DNA of 64,000 nt from assembly GCA_002633005.1 (NCBI GenBank), contig NMRA01000582.1:200439-264438 (forward strand), in the 5' to 3' direction. Below, piece after piece: positions 12,560-25,785 of the stretch (its first letter is position 1; every line of letters starts with the position of its first letter). The position numbers were made by a program, and so were the translations under genes. Source of the DNA: Phoronis australis (taxonomy: Eukaryota > Animalia > Phoronida). The notes below the pieces were generated by a model. That model saw only the letters and a program-made list of their open reading frames with translations. It was not told the origin of the DNA and did no database searches.

Positions 12560-13728
12560 GTAAATATCACATTTGTCGAAACCTCGAACGAAATTCTAAT
12601 TCTCCATGTCCCATGAAACACGTTACCATTACTGGACTTCTTACCCCTCCTTCTAACGATTACGTTGAGTCTACTTGCTCACGCCCTAATACTTTCTTCG
12701 TGTTTTCATTCCTGTGTCTAACCCTAAACAATGGTGCAGTGGGGTGTGGACGCACGTATACGCTCCTTCTCATTTTTAACCTTACATATACTCACTGTAA
12801 TCTAAGTGTAAATTTACCGTATTCATACTATGGGCGGTGGAGCTTTTCGTCACACAAATTGAAGTGGGAAGGATGGACAGAGTTGTTTAAAGAACTATTT
12901 GCAATCACTGTAGCCATATACACATTGTTGGTTCTCATGTGTTTTCTGATCGAGCAAATAATGTATCGTTGCATTGGTGAAATGAGTCGAAAGTTCACAT
13001 CACAGCGGTCGATGCTTAGCTCAACGCCGAGTCGCATTGGGCAACTTGGCCAAAATCCCAAGTCTCCAAAAGTAAAAATCACAGGCCACTAAATGAAATC
13101 CGGAGTTGTCCATCCAACGTAATTTCCCTCCGAGCAAAAAGGTAGGAGTGATACCAAAGTAAACCGGTTACATTTTCATGCCCAAAAAGCCTCTGGTATC
13201 CTAGTCTATTATCATACGTGGCCGTCGACCTTTCCTCTCAAAACGTTGTAAAGCCTGGTGATGGCTGGAGAAATGATCGAACGATACATGGCAATGTGAC
13301 TAAGCTAGACGTTGGTAATGGAAAAGTATCAATGGCCACACTCCTTACTTCCAGCTACGACCTTCTCCAGCATTTTGTCACTGGCAACAGTGACAAAACT
13401 TATTCAATTTCAGCTTACGTCCTCGGCTGCGCCATTTGCGTTTTTACCAAAGTGTTTGTTTTAAAATGTATGCATCAAAATCAAGAGATGATTTACGCGT
13501 TCCTGCAATGTAGCCCGGGCAACAGTATGCGTTAAGTACAACAGTCTTATGTGTGTACTCCTCCAAAATTCTTCGGGTACAGGAAATTTTTTTCACTTGA
13601 TTCATCCAGTGCAAAGTAAGGACAATTTACAAATTGCTAGTCCCAAAGATATGATAGAAATCGTCTTATGAATAGTTTCTCCTAGAGCTAGGATTATCCT
13701 TATCTTAATTGATATTATCGTTTTATAG

Positions 13729-14128
13729 AGTTTCCCATTAACTTGACGTTAAGTGTACAAGTTGGCGATGAGGAAACGCCTGCTGAATTATGCGAGGTGG
13801 ATGATCTATCAAGGTTTATCCTTGATAAAGAAGACGCTTTCAATGATTTCTTGCACACGTTCTCAGTCACGTTCAACGACTGTGAACTGTCACGAGAAAA
13901 AGACAGCATTATATGCAAACTTAAGGCCCACAAAAAAGAGGGATTTGAACTCCTGCACGATGCCATAAGCAAGGCAGAATCGACGGAGTGCCTAACTCCA
14001 TGGTTTAAGTCTCAAGATCTTGCTAAAAGTATTGGTTTAGGACAGTACTTATCGTGGCAAGTTTCAGTGGAGATGTCCAGAAGAACCTACCTAATGGGCC
14101 TTAAGCACTTTAAAGACATGGCCAAAAG
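13729..14128 (+). CDS. Exon encoding a TRADD-N-like domain
   Basis: Acceptor TTTTATAG|AG (phase 1), donor AAG|GTAGGT (phase 2); open 133 aa with DSIICKLKAHKKEGFELLHDAISK...VSVEMSRRTYLMGLKHF, resembling invertebrate TRADD-like N-terminal domains. Confidence 0.6.
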
Positions 14129-14504
14129 GTAGGTTGGTGATTGTTTGAGTGACAGCGTGCTTATTTTGCTTCGGAATCCCTTTTCTTTCTTGAACAAAGA
14201 TCTAAATTTGTTAAATTGCTGTAGCCTAACCGCTGATATAATCGCAAACTATTTGAATATTAATGAAAATACTCAAAAGACTATGTGACAAAAAGAATAC
14301 CACGTCACTAACACAGCGCCAGAATTTCCCCTCAAAAACGGATGTCTCCAGGTACGCAGCCAATGGGGATGTTTTTAAGTAAGTTTATTTTCTCTGCTAC
14401 ACGCGAAATTTTATTATAAACTGCATTGCATTAAATGTGGTGACATGAACAATGAAACGCGGTTATCGGAATTTTGGTTCCAACATATATTTTACTGTAT
14501 AACC

Positions 14505-15497
14505 TGCCCTTACAAAAATGAATTTAAGTCCTCATCGAAAAATTAAAGTTTTTGGTATGAAAAACTTAAGTTTTCAACCACAAAAACTTACGTTTTGGGC
14601 AAAAACTTAAGTATTTTGGAACAAGTTTTTGGAACAAACTTAAGTTTTCATAACTTCAGTTTTCAAAAACTTAAGCTCTAAGAAATTACGTTTTTCAAAA
14701 ACTTAAGTATTTTGGAGCAAGTTTTTAGGAACAAACTGAAGTTATCAAAACTTTAACTTTAAGTTTTCAGAATTCAGGTTTTCAAGGAACTAACTTTGAA
14801 AACTAAAGTTTTCTAAGAGCAATAAGTTTCAGTAAGACAGGCATTCAGAAAATTCGATTTTCATTAAATTAAACAAGCGTGGAGTACAATAACAAGTTTA
14901 ATAATCTTCATACATCATTTAACAAAAATAGACCTCTCTTAACATTTCATTAAGAGTGATTAATTGCAGAAAGTACGCTAGTTACTTATAATAAGACAGT
15001 GAGCTTGTGTGAAATACAAGAATCTCAAAAATCAGAAACATTTCAAAAATCAGTTCACCAAGTGTCATAAAGACAATGCTGTGAAAACTAAATGTGACAA
15101 TATGTGAGAATTGAGGGATTGAACTGGAAAATACGAATTAAGAAGTTTTCAGAAAACTTAAGTTTTCGATACATGAAAAATTTAAGTTTTCTGAAAAACT
15201 TCAGTTGCCAGGAAAACTTAAGTTTTTATTATTCGAAAAACTTAAGTTATCAAAAAATAAGTTTTGGTAGTATGAAAAACTGAAGTTTTCACAAACACTT
15301 AAGTTATTACTTGAAACTTAACTTTATTTGTGAAAACTTAAGTTTTCTGAAAAATTTAAGGTCTCTGAAACTCTTAAGAAGATGCTGAAAAACTTAAGTT
15401 TTTCTTCTAAAACTTAAGTTATTTTTCAAAAACACAAGTTTTTCCGCCAAAAACTTGAATTTTCAGCGAAAATCTTAAATTCATTTTTGTAAGGGTG
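14505..15497. mobile_element. Non-autonomous DNA transposon (CMC/EnSpm-like) with arrays of palindromic AAAACTTAAGTTTT
   Basis: ~75-bp imperfect TIR: CCCTTACAAAAATGAATTTAAG at 14507 and CTTAAATTCATTTTTGTAAGGGTG ending 15497; many subterminal AAACTTAAGTTT motifs at both ends. Confidence 0.8.
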
Positions 15498-17369
15498 GCA
15501 AGCACTGTTCACAGTTTCACTTGAGGCGTGCGTTGCGATTAGAGGCAGCTTTAAAACTAGTCCATTAGACGCAATGAAATACGACAATATTAACTCAGTT
15601 ATGAATAGGGACGACGGGTGGTGTAAGTTATCTAAAATTTGGAGCAGTCTCACTACTGCGCCACCTAGTGTCCAGTAGCTTCCGAAGATGGCTGCTGAGA
15701 GTAGCCGCAACTGTCAAGTGGTTGTGAAAATAAAAAATAATCAATTTGTACTCTACCAACCTTGTGAAGTTTTTAGTGAATTTCGGCTGAGTTATTGTCT
15801 AACTTTGATGATCGCCGTGGCGACTTTGTGGCGACTTCGTGAGATTTTTTCAAGGTCAGAGAACAAAATCTGAAGTCGCGTTGGGGAGCTGAAGATCGTT
15901 GTTTTCCACAAAAATCCTGCACGGGTTTATATGATACAGCTGTGGTCGCCAAAAAAACCCCGCAAAAATTACCATTAAGGGGCGCCACGGAAGTCAGAAC
16001 CGTCCAAAATGGCCGTCCATCTTGTTGTTACCAGTTCTATTTATGACCCTTTGAGCAGACAATATAGAGACTGACGTTAAAAAACGATTAAAAAATAATA
16101 GAAATGATTTCTAGGTTGAACAGAATAAGATTAATCCGTCGAAACAAAGAAAGGGGTTGACGACTCCTAAATAGAAAACTGGCAAATTTTGTAACATTCG
16201 GTCAAGAAACTGTGGAAACATGAATAAAAGCAACCAAAACTGCCATTAGGGTGCACAACAGTAGTCAGATTCTCTCGAAAGTTGCCATACATTGTCACAT
16301 TCACAGAAACATTTTCAAATTTCGCAAATATATGTATTAAAACCTGTTTGAAATAGGTTAATAGGCAACCAATTAGTCGTGTTGTCATAATGGTTTGTAT
16401 TTGTAGAAGGAAGAGACCTAATTGTTTTGGAAATAGATTCTATTGTAACCAGATCATTCCATGTTTGCCATCGTGAACAATTGAGCTTAAACTCCTGCTG
16501 GCAAATTATATTAACAATTTTTGTTGCCGTCGATTTGCTGGACACATAGTTACACGGGTCGCATATATTGTTACTAGCCATTCATCATAAAAACAACTTA
16601 CTTAGAGCAGTACAATTTCTTAACTGATACATCCGGAAGTCTGTTTCATGAAAAGTGACTTACAGCTGAAGTTGGGTCTTACACTTCCACTTCACAATTG
16701 CTGAATAAAGGCTTGGGCAAGTAATTACGATCACATCACAGTCCAGAAGTAATTTGTAGAAAGTATCTCAGTAAATATCAGTTATGTCCATATTCTCAGG
16801 CACTTCGTTCTTTTGCCCAAGTGAGATTTTATTATTTCTAGAAATAGTTATTTAGCGTAAGAGCAAATTTCACTTTTCTGAAACGCATCCTTGGACTACG
16901 TTTAGTAGACATTCACGAAAAATCAAAGTTGTGAAACTGTATGACGTAATAAAGCCTTTTGTCTGCAAAGCATCATCTGTACATTCTTTCGGTTACAAAG
17001 GTCAAGGGAAGCAATAAAGCCAGATGCCACGGCAAGCCAGGGCAAGGAATTAACGGACAACCAGCTGTTTGAAGATGGCCAGGGAGCTCAAGTGAGTTGT
17101 GTTGTACTTCAACTTGGAATCCTGCTTAATCTCAAGAGTAAGCGGAAGTGAATGTTGCGTGAACTTGGAATTCCAAGATCAAGCAAGTGATCTTGAGATT
17201 AAGCAAACTGCCAAATCCCGTACGTGAACTTGGAATCTTGCGTGAACTTGTAATTAAGGGGCTGCCTGGCACACAATCACAGAACAAGGCGTGTGTTGCT
17301 GCCTATTTCAATATAAAAGTAAAGCTGGATGTTTGAAATTAGTGCCTGGTTGACGTTTGATCAAGGGGT

Positions 17370-18125
17370 GAAATAAACATTCTCTGACTGGCTGCAATAC
17401 ATTTTAAATGTTTTTTTCCATTACCTTTAGAGCACTTCTGAGCGCATTCTCAGTTCTTTCTACCTAATTCCGAGTTTAAGCAAGCCACACTGGTTGCTTA
17501 AACTTGGAATAATTCAATTTTTTCTCTAAAAAATTCGCGATGTGAACCAAACCTTCTCTTAATGATTGAAATACAATGTAAATGCATTTTCTATTACTTT
17601 CGAAACACCTATGAATGCATTCGCAGTTGTTTTCTACCCAATTCCAAGTTTAAGCAAGGGCGTGGCTCGCTTAAACTTGGAATAATTCAGTTTCTTCTAT
17701 ACAAAATATCGTGTGGTGTAGCAAATATTCTCTGACCGGTTACAGTATGTCATAAATGCATTTTCTATTACGTTTGGAAACCTCTGAATGCATTCTCAAT
17801 TGTTTTTACCCAATTCCAAGTTTAAGCAAGCCACTTCCTCGCTTAAACTTGGAATGATTGTTTATTAGCTTTACAAAGTCACTTGGTGAACCAAACATTT
17901 TCAGGCTGGTTAAAATATGTTGTAAGCACAACTTTTTTCTTACCTTGAGACTTTATTGAACATGTTAACAATTATTTTCTTCCGAATTCCACGTTTAAGC
18001 AGGTCATTCTATTTTCGCTTTACAAACCCTATGTTGTGAAGAAAGCATACCCTGAAAGACGTTATGAACACTTTTTTCTATCCCTGTAAATTATTGGCGA
18101 TTAATCTTTACCCAATGCCAAGTTT
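17370..18125. repeat. ~172-bp tandem units, each with a hairpin derived from the TIR motif
   Basis: ATTCCAAGTTTAAGC..(variable loop)..GCTTAAACTTGGAAT at ~17467, 17641 and 17813; decayed copies follow. Confidence 0.85.
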
Positions 18126-18422
18126 AAAAGACGACTGTAGTAAAAATAATGTACCAGTAAACCGGTTCTAACATACACATAAAACTCACATTTGCCCGAG
18201 TTGCGCTCCAACCAAAACTGACTCACATTTTATTGTAAAAACACTAATGCTGACAGCACTCTCTGATTGGCTGATATGTCAGTGGTTGATAGGGCACCGA
18301 CTGCTTATCACATATTTCTGATCCATATTGGGGCATTGAGTGGATAGAGTTTACACTGCGTTTTATAATTGTATCACCGATTCTTATTATTTACTGTTTG
18401 CCAGTGTTGTAAAAAATTCTCC

Positions 18423-18612
18423 ATGCCTTTTTGTATGGCACCTAGTTGTTCAAACTCTGCGAAAAAGCTGTCGTCCAAGAGGGCGGCCATAGGACACCAT
18501 CCGTTGCCCTTGCCTAGGTACAAAGCTGTATGCTAAATTAATTCAGAACAAAATACTGTTTCCTTTAATAAGCAAACTGGAATCAGTGTCTTTTCATTTC
18601 ACAAAAAGTGGT
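18423..18612 (+). pseudogene. THAP-domain remnant
   Basis: MPFCMAPSCSNS..IGHHPLP, then frameshifted FHFTK, fits the THAP C-x4-C...HF pattern; stops present. Confidence 0.4.
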
Positions 18613-20951
18613 GAAGCAAGCTTTCTCTCGCAGATTACAATAAACTGTATACGCAATTCCTGTTCTTGAGACAACTCTAACATATCGGCAATCGTCTTCT
18701 ACATAATTTCAAATTTAACCAGTACTTAAAACAGTATGGGGTTTCATATTTTCAATTGTATAAAAAATTTAATACCTTTAATGAGACACTTTCATAGACA
18801 AAAATGAAATCCTCGAGTTGGGCTCATTCTTTTTGGAAAGCTCAGGGGGTCACGGAAAACATGTTGTTCTCCATGTTAGTGCAGGTGGACCGTAGTCTCT
18901 CACTGGAGATGATGTATGTTACAACGGAAATGGTGGATAGTTTTTAAATATAATTAAAAATGAGTGTGACTTTGCTTTAACAATATCTGCATGGACAGGT
19001 CTAAGTTTTTATTTTTTCCAACATACCAACAAATTATAATACAACATAAAACATACTCTGTAAAGGTAAAAAGGCTGGCATACAGTATTTTTCAAACTAA
19101 ACTACACAATGTCGTAACTTGACAAGGATAATAAAATATTTGCTTCTTTTCCAATAGAATCCAATCCAGTTCTAGCTAAATCTCAACAAAAACAACTTAT
19201 TGCGCAAGACCAGTCACAAACAAAAAATTAAGGACTAGACACAATGTCGAAATTCAACTGTGACAAAAGTTCGACTACGTAAACTGACAAATTATTCTGG
19301 TAAGAAGTTTTTCCAAATTTGGCAATCTTGGAGACTTCTGTTGAAGTGTGTCAATTTGTTGGCATCAGGTGATACATAGTTACATCTAAAATGCTCTCTG
19401 TCCCCACCAGGGTTTGAACCCAGGACTTTCTGCTAACCTGTTAGCCAACACATGATGTGATCAACATATGGCGTATGTGAAGACCAACAGTTTTACGACA
19501 TCATTTACTGCGCAGTAAAAGAAAAGTGTTCAAGAATCAGGTTAAGGTTATGGGAGATCCTAGACAAATGTCTAAGCTTGGAAAAGCGGAAAACATATCT
19601 TGCAAATGGCTGATAGGATTTCAATAAAAACTTTCAGATTTTGTACTTTATGCACTGTTCCCCATCAGGCTTTTAGAGATTGTCTTTTGACTGATCTACT
19701 TTGGCATGGGAGGGCTAGCTAAAACAGGGACTTTCAGTAATTTCATGAAAAACTCAAACATTGATTAAAACGAAAAGGGTTACTAAAAAATCAGAATCGG
19801 CATTTTTCAGATTCTATCTTGAACATTTATATAAAAAGAAAATTGGTCATGTTATCGACTCCACTGTATTGTTATGAATGTATTTCCTTTTTCCGGAATC
19901 TTATTAAAAATATGGTCAAGGGACCCAATTAATGGCAGATTGATATATAAAGTCAATATATACAGACTCTTTACTTCCATGAATTAAAGTAGTGTTTTAG
20001 AAAGTTAAATTCTAAAGTTTGTAGATATTTGTCAGTAAGGTGCCACATAACCTTATGTCCTAACATTAAATTTTGGGTTATTCATGTTGTTTCATTACAT
20101 GACAACTGATACTTCTGTACACTGATTATCTGGAACACAGTTTCATAATTCTGACCCTGCACCACCCTGGGAAATAACACTTTTCATTTACGCCACCAGG
20201 ATGTCACGCAAATAGCAATGTGATCAATCAGATACCATAAAAATCATAAACCCTGACAACAAAGTAAGCAGACAATGTCAATACATCAAACTTAGCATTA
20301 AAGAAGCATCAGTAGCCATTTAATAAAAGAAATATAGACTGATCTATCAGGCAGATTAGGTTACATAGACTTGAGAGGGACATATGCTGCATTTAAGGTG
20401 ATTCATTGGCAAGCAACTTCAAATGCTGTAACACCAATGAAATGGGGTCCTCCAACTTTGGCTAATCTGTTGACCTACAGACAGGGCACAGTAGCACGAA
20501 TGGTTATCACCAATTATGTGTAAACGATAAAGATGTTCACTAACATGTGCTGTCAATGAGACAAGTTGTGTGTCCCTGATTTAGTAGCTTGAACGTGCTG
20601 CGTCAGTTGAGGGGGACTCTTCCTCTTATCGTGACTTTATGGAAGACAGGAAGCTGCTTGGAACCTGTTTAAAATAAATAGAATAGTCTTCAATCAAAAA
20701 TACGCATTACAGTCAAAATAGTTTTCATGTTGATGTGCATAATACCTGTGACAAATACATATACAACGAGTTTTGAAAAGTGAACAAGTATCCAGCTTTA
20801 TTGTCAGTAGTTGAATGTTGAATCTATAAGAAAATCAAGTAAATGGAAAACCTATTATTCTCTGTTTCCACATTTTGACAATGAAAAAAAATTATTTGTT
20901 AGCAGATTCAAACAAGATCACTCATCGCAATCAAGTATTTTATGTACTATA

Positions 20952-21260
20952 CAGTGGCGGATCTAGGATACCATAAGGGGGGCGGCCCAACATGTTGCCT
21001 CAGGTAATTGGGCACATCGCGATTGTATATGCAGGGGGCCCGAAAGTTGTTGGAGCTGAGGATGAGAACCTTCTGTTCAGAAACTTTATCGGTGGACTAA
21101 AAAAAAACGGGAACACGATTCCAGCGCAATGTGGGATCTGAGCCCCCCATCCGCTACCGGTCATAGTTAGTGAACAGCTCTTTTTCTTCGCGCTTCACGC
21201 TGTTTCTGTTTCATTTTGCTGGCGGCAGCCAAGGGGGAATAGGGCGGGCCTCCGCCTATG
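20952..21260. mobile_element. hAT-like MITE with 5-bp TSD CTATA, nested in the 5.35-kb element
   Basis: CAGTGGCGGATCT...CCTCCGCCTATG; CTATA at 20947-20951 and 21261-21265. Confidence 0.75.
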
Positions 21261-23669
21261 CTATAGACAACTAAATACAACCTATAAATGAAAGCGTTGA
21301 TGGTACAAACACGTTCCTAATAGAAGACAACCTTCAAGGACAATGACAACTGCATAAAAAGTTGAAAATCACCTATCTTGCATAACGGAAAACCAATATT
21401 AACACAACTTAGATATGTCATTACCTAAGTATGCTCCTCACTCACATGGGAACATTTGTATCAAACATTACTGTATGCCACTATGTTTCAGTCCAGTTGT
21501 TCAATGTTATCAAGTGTATTTAGAGATGTTGACAAACCTGCAAAAGACGCAGTCTAACACGGTTGCTTTTCAAACAGCGAATGCTGGGCGGTGGTTTGTA
21601 AGCTATTGTGCCAAAGCAAGTGGTATGGACAGTATTGTTTATTTGGCGAATTATTATGTGGGTCTGTACTGAGCAGAGAAAGGCAAAAATATCGTAGGCC
21701 AGAAAAGTCTAATCATCTCTATGAGAACATTCAAAACCTGTCAACAGAACTTCAGAGAGTTGTGTTATGTAACTTTTGTTATATTGTCATCAATATTTAG
21801 ACCTGATGACATCACACAGCATACCAATGAAAAACTAATATTCATTAAATTGCACGTTTGAAATGAGTATTTCCACTTTATTTGCCAAAAATAACACTTT
21901 TACTCAACAAGCGTTATGTGAACTTCTTCCTTAATCAGATACAAAAGATTTACAGATCTCTGCTTAGGCCATGCTGCATGGCAGCGATTGGTGATGTCAT
22001 ACGAGAAAATTGCGAGCTGCAAGCACTGGCGTATACACGGGGGGGTGAGGTGGCAGGTACAACGGTGCATGACAAACTGTTCAATCCAAAACACCTCTCG
22101 TTACGGTACATTCATTGTATCTAGCTAATAATAATAATATTAATCCTTTTCATTACAAAGGTTCCAGGTTGCTAGTCATTTCAGACCCTCGGTCACAAAC
22201 CCAACCATCCCAGTCAAACCACCTTTGAAAACAATTACCAAGACCAGAATAACATACAGAATGGGCAATAAAAATAACTAAAACAGAAACAATAACCCAC
22301 GACAAACGAATTCATGTCCATCATTCGAAATTTTAGTTAACAGTTGCACACTAGATGTCGCGAGTGCTTGCTTAATCTCAAGATCACTTGCGTGAACTTG
22401 GAATAGAAATTTATTCCAAGTTCACTCATGATTCCAAGTTGAAGTACAACAAGTTGCAAACACAAATTAGGTCATGGACGGCAGACTAGTCGAAGCTTAT
22501 CGACAGATCAAAGACGTCAACAAGACCAATCTCATTGGCCGCCGCCATTATTGTGTCATCGACCGTGACGACACCTAGCGGGTGTGTGTGTGCGCCGACA
22601 AAGTACGCGATGCGTCGACTACCATGACCGATTTTAGTTTGACAAATTCAAAATTGTGAAGTGTCTCTGTTAAAATATTGAGAACAAAACATATGAGCCG
22701 TGTTTTGTAAAAAGACACATGGGCAAAATATAGAGTAAAATAATAAAGAACAAAATTGGATGCAAATGTAATATAAATACCTGCAATAAGTGCCTCAATA
22801 ATCAGAGGTGAGAAGGTGAACGTAGGTGATTGGAGAGCGGGCAGGTACAGAACCTGTAGGATTTCTCCAAGGGGGTTAGGGAAGTAATATACATAAGACA
22901 GCTCTGCTGAAGAAGAGGTAGGAGCAATAACGGGCGTATGGGCGGGCACCTTTTGGTTGGTGGAGATAGTTTTCTGCACCCCAGTATTCCAGGTGTTAAT
23001 ATCAATTAATTAACAACTAATTATTAAAACTTTCAACTAACAAACTTTGTTTCAAAATAAAATTGGGCCCAATACGCCTTTAAAAGAACACTTCTTTTAA
23101 CGCTTCCACTGCAAAATTATCAAGTAGGTTACCAAACCCTAAACATAATATTTATTATGCACTGGAGTACATACCATGATAGAAAATAAATGTACACCTC
23201 GAACTGCAGTCAAAATTACACAGAAAGCGACGCATCTCCGCCCTGTATATCTATGTCATGTTTCACCAAACAATATAAAGCCATTCTGACAATAATTTTG
23301 GACAAGCACTATTTTGTTGAAAGAGGGATAGCACAGCATTTAAAATCGTCCAAAATGAAGTGGTGCTGGCGTATCCCAGTCATAAATTTAAATACTATGA
23401 GGTTTCACCAGAGTCTGTCAAGTGGCTTTGAAAAGTAATCGACAGACAAGGAAGATATGGTGGATGCAGGAAAATGCTGCATTAGTGTCCAAATTATAAT
23501 CACATAAGTGAGCTTAAACTGCGTATATTAAATAACCAGTGAAAGTCAAAGATTTGTAAGCAGGAGCAACACAATGCACCCACTACTGTAGCTTAAATAT
23601 GTTTTTACTATCATATAATATAGATTATTAACCAACGACAGCCAGGATGTTGACAGTATGGGACCAAAA

Positions 23670-23845
23670 CAAATAATTTAAATAAAAACTATCGAATAAA
23701 TAAAAAACAATAAATAAATAAAATTAAATAAGTAATAAAAAGTAAATAATTATAAATACATAATAAAATATAGATAAATAAATGTACGATAATATTACAA
23801 TAATAAAATTATTAAATAAATAGTATTAATAAGTATAATTATCTT
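23670..23845. repeat. (AATA)n-like AT-rich low complexity
   Basis: Direct reading. Confidence 0.85.
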
Positions 23846-25232
23846 TTGGATCTGAATGTACTAAGACTGCAGAGAGAAATAAATGAAAGTAACATCAATG
23901 GGATAAATTAAACCAATCTGTAATTCCCAAAATCATGCAAACCACGTACGATCAAATGCAGGGAAAAGTAAAGACATTAAGTTCAAATCACCCAGTATAT
24001 CACTGGTTGACTGGCAACAATATCACGCAAAAACAACATTTGTTTCAATCGTGAGCATCATCTATCCAAATCAGTAGGGAAGCCAGAAAAACAAAAGTCG
24101 GGAATTTTTATTTAACTGCAGCCTTAGGCTGTACAAAAAGCGACGTTGTGTTTTGCGGATCGGGGCTGTCATATCTTGCCATATTTGTTTATTGTACACA
24201 CGCCCGCTAGATGTCTCTACGGTCCATGAAACAACAATATCCGCCAGTGGCCGTCCAATGGGATTTCCCTAGGAGATTTGTCTCCCTCTCTACGGTCGAA
24301 ACCATGTGTGTGAGATTTTTTTGACCGAGTGTTGTTTTGATTTTTGATGTCACGAAAGATTATATTTTATAAAGTTAAAAGCCCCTATACTTCAATTTTC
24401 AGATTTAACTTTCAAATTTGGCTAACTCTGCAAACAATGTCCACAAGGGGTCGTACTGCAAGTAGCATTTCCAGAGTCTATAATTTTTGTTCATTAATTA
24501 GTGTTGCGTTCAAGGCATTTAATGGTGTTTGAAACAGTTTTACAAGTTCACTAGTTTCCGATCTTTTTTGAGGTTGAGTAATGTGATAATACTCTCTGTT
24601 TGGAGTGCATCTTCACGTAGTGACATGTTTTTTAAGCTCCGGCTAATAGTTATAGTTTTTCGATACAGAGTTTTTCGGTGGGATACTAGATATACGGATT
24701 CAGTCTTTATGGGTCCGGTCTCTGTCACGTGTCTATCAATTGATAATGATCGTGAAATTTAAAATTGACTGGCAAGTGGTCAAAATGCTTACTGACAACA
24801 TGAATATCCTCAAGAACACGTAATGACATGAGCTATAACGACAACATCCAATAGCACCATCTAAATTTCAGACGGCCCTATTGAAAATCTAATATAGCTG
24901 ACATGTCAATAAACTCATACGCACCGCTTGTGTCCTTATTCAGCCATGGGTAGTGATACAGAAATCCCAATTAGCTGGCTATACATGTACAGGTTTGGTC
25001 ATTACCTCTTCAGACATACCGCAACCGGCGGTTTTGACAATGAAACTCTAGGAGGCTATAGCCTTATAGCTGAGCTTACGAGCATGCCAAACCTTTTTCA
25101 AATTGATCTAAAGGCTTTCTTTCTCAAGTTTTCGGAATGTCAAAAAAATGGTATCAGTCAACTCGGTCCCTTAGCTCATGACTCACTTGATAAACTGAGC
25201 AAATATCTCAAGCGTATTGATACGTTTTTCAG

Positions 25233-25577
25233 GACACCACAAAACAGCTTACGAAAGAACAGAAGGCTGTGGATGTTCACGGATCTCACAAACACCCGTC
25301 TGACACCACACAAGAAAAACATAGACCTCATAAACACACTGTAGACACAATGGAACAGCCTTCAGAGCAATCGACCGTTGAGGACATTCCTACATCTCGC
25401 AAACACGACTCTGACACCGAAGAGCAACGTAGGGAAGAGCAAAACATGGGCGTTTATAAACCTGAAGAAAACACCTTAAACTTAATTGAACAGCATACGG
25501 AAGAACATGTCGCTGTCGACGTCCATGGATCTCGGAAGCACACATCCCCAGAGCAGCATATGGATGAAGAAGTCGGG
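25233..25577 (+). CDS. Exon encoding a disordered acidic/His-rich repeat linker of the RNF213-like gene
   Basis: Acceptor TTTTTCAG|GAC (phase 0), donor GGG|GTATAG (phase 0, matching 29568); peptide repeats DVHGSHKH / DIPTSRKH / DVHGSRKH. Confidence 0.6.
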
Positions 25578-25785
25578 GTATAGTTGGGTCAGATATGACA
25601 CTTCCGTGAACGTAGAGAGCTAAGCTTTGTTTCTAAGTGAATTTCACATTATTGATGAATTTTAATGAAATAAGCTTCCATGACTACCCTGAAAGTTTGA
25701 ATATTTTTCAAAGGTGTGGTAGTCTTAGTCTATACCATCCACTTTGAGACCAGGAAATTTAGTGTCCATAAGTACAACAAATATT

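Larger units (their letters stand above)
17100..22451. mobile_element. 5.35-kb TIR element with TGT..ACA ends and 5-bp TSD (Ginger-like, non-autonomous)
   Basis: Perfect 22-bp TIR TGTTGTACTTCAACTTGGAATC / GATTCCAAGTTGAAGTACAACA; TSD AGTTG at 17095-17099 and 22452-22456; subterminal TGCTTAATCTCAAGA and GTGAACTTGGAAT repeats at both ends. Confidence 0.85.

Noticed and set aside
12560-13092. 189-aa ORF as a gene
   Set aside because: Beyond the first ~12 codons it has no recognisable motifs and looks like intron read-through.
17460-17860. CRISPR-like array of palindromic repeats
   Set aside because: The sequences between hairpins are homologous to each other (tandem units), the context is eukaryotic and no cas genes are present.
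19395-19435. tRNA gene on the minus strand
   Set aside because: Only a T-arm/acceptor-like 3' half (GTCCTGGGTTCAAACCCTGGTGGGGACA); no complete cloverleaf; at most a SINE or tRNA relic.
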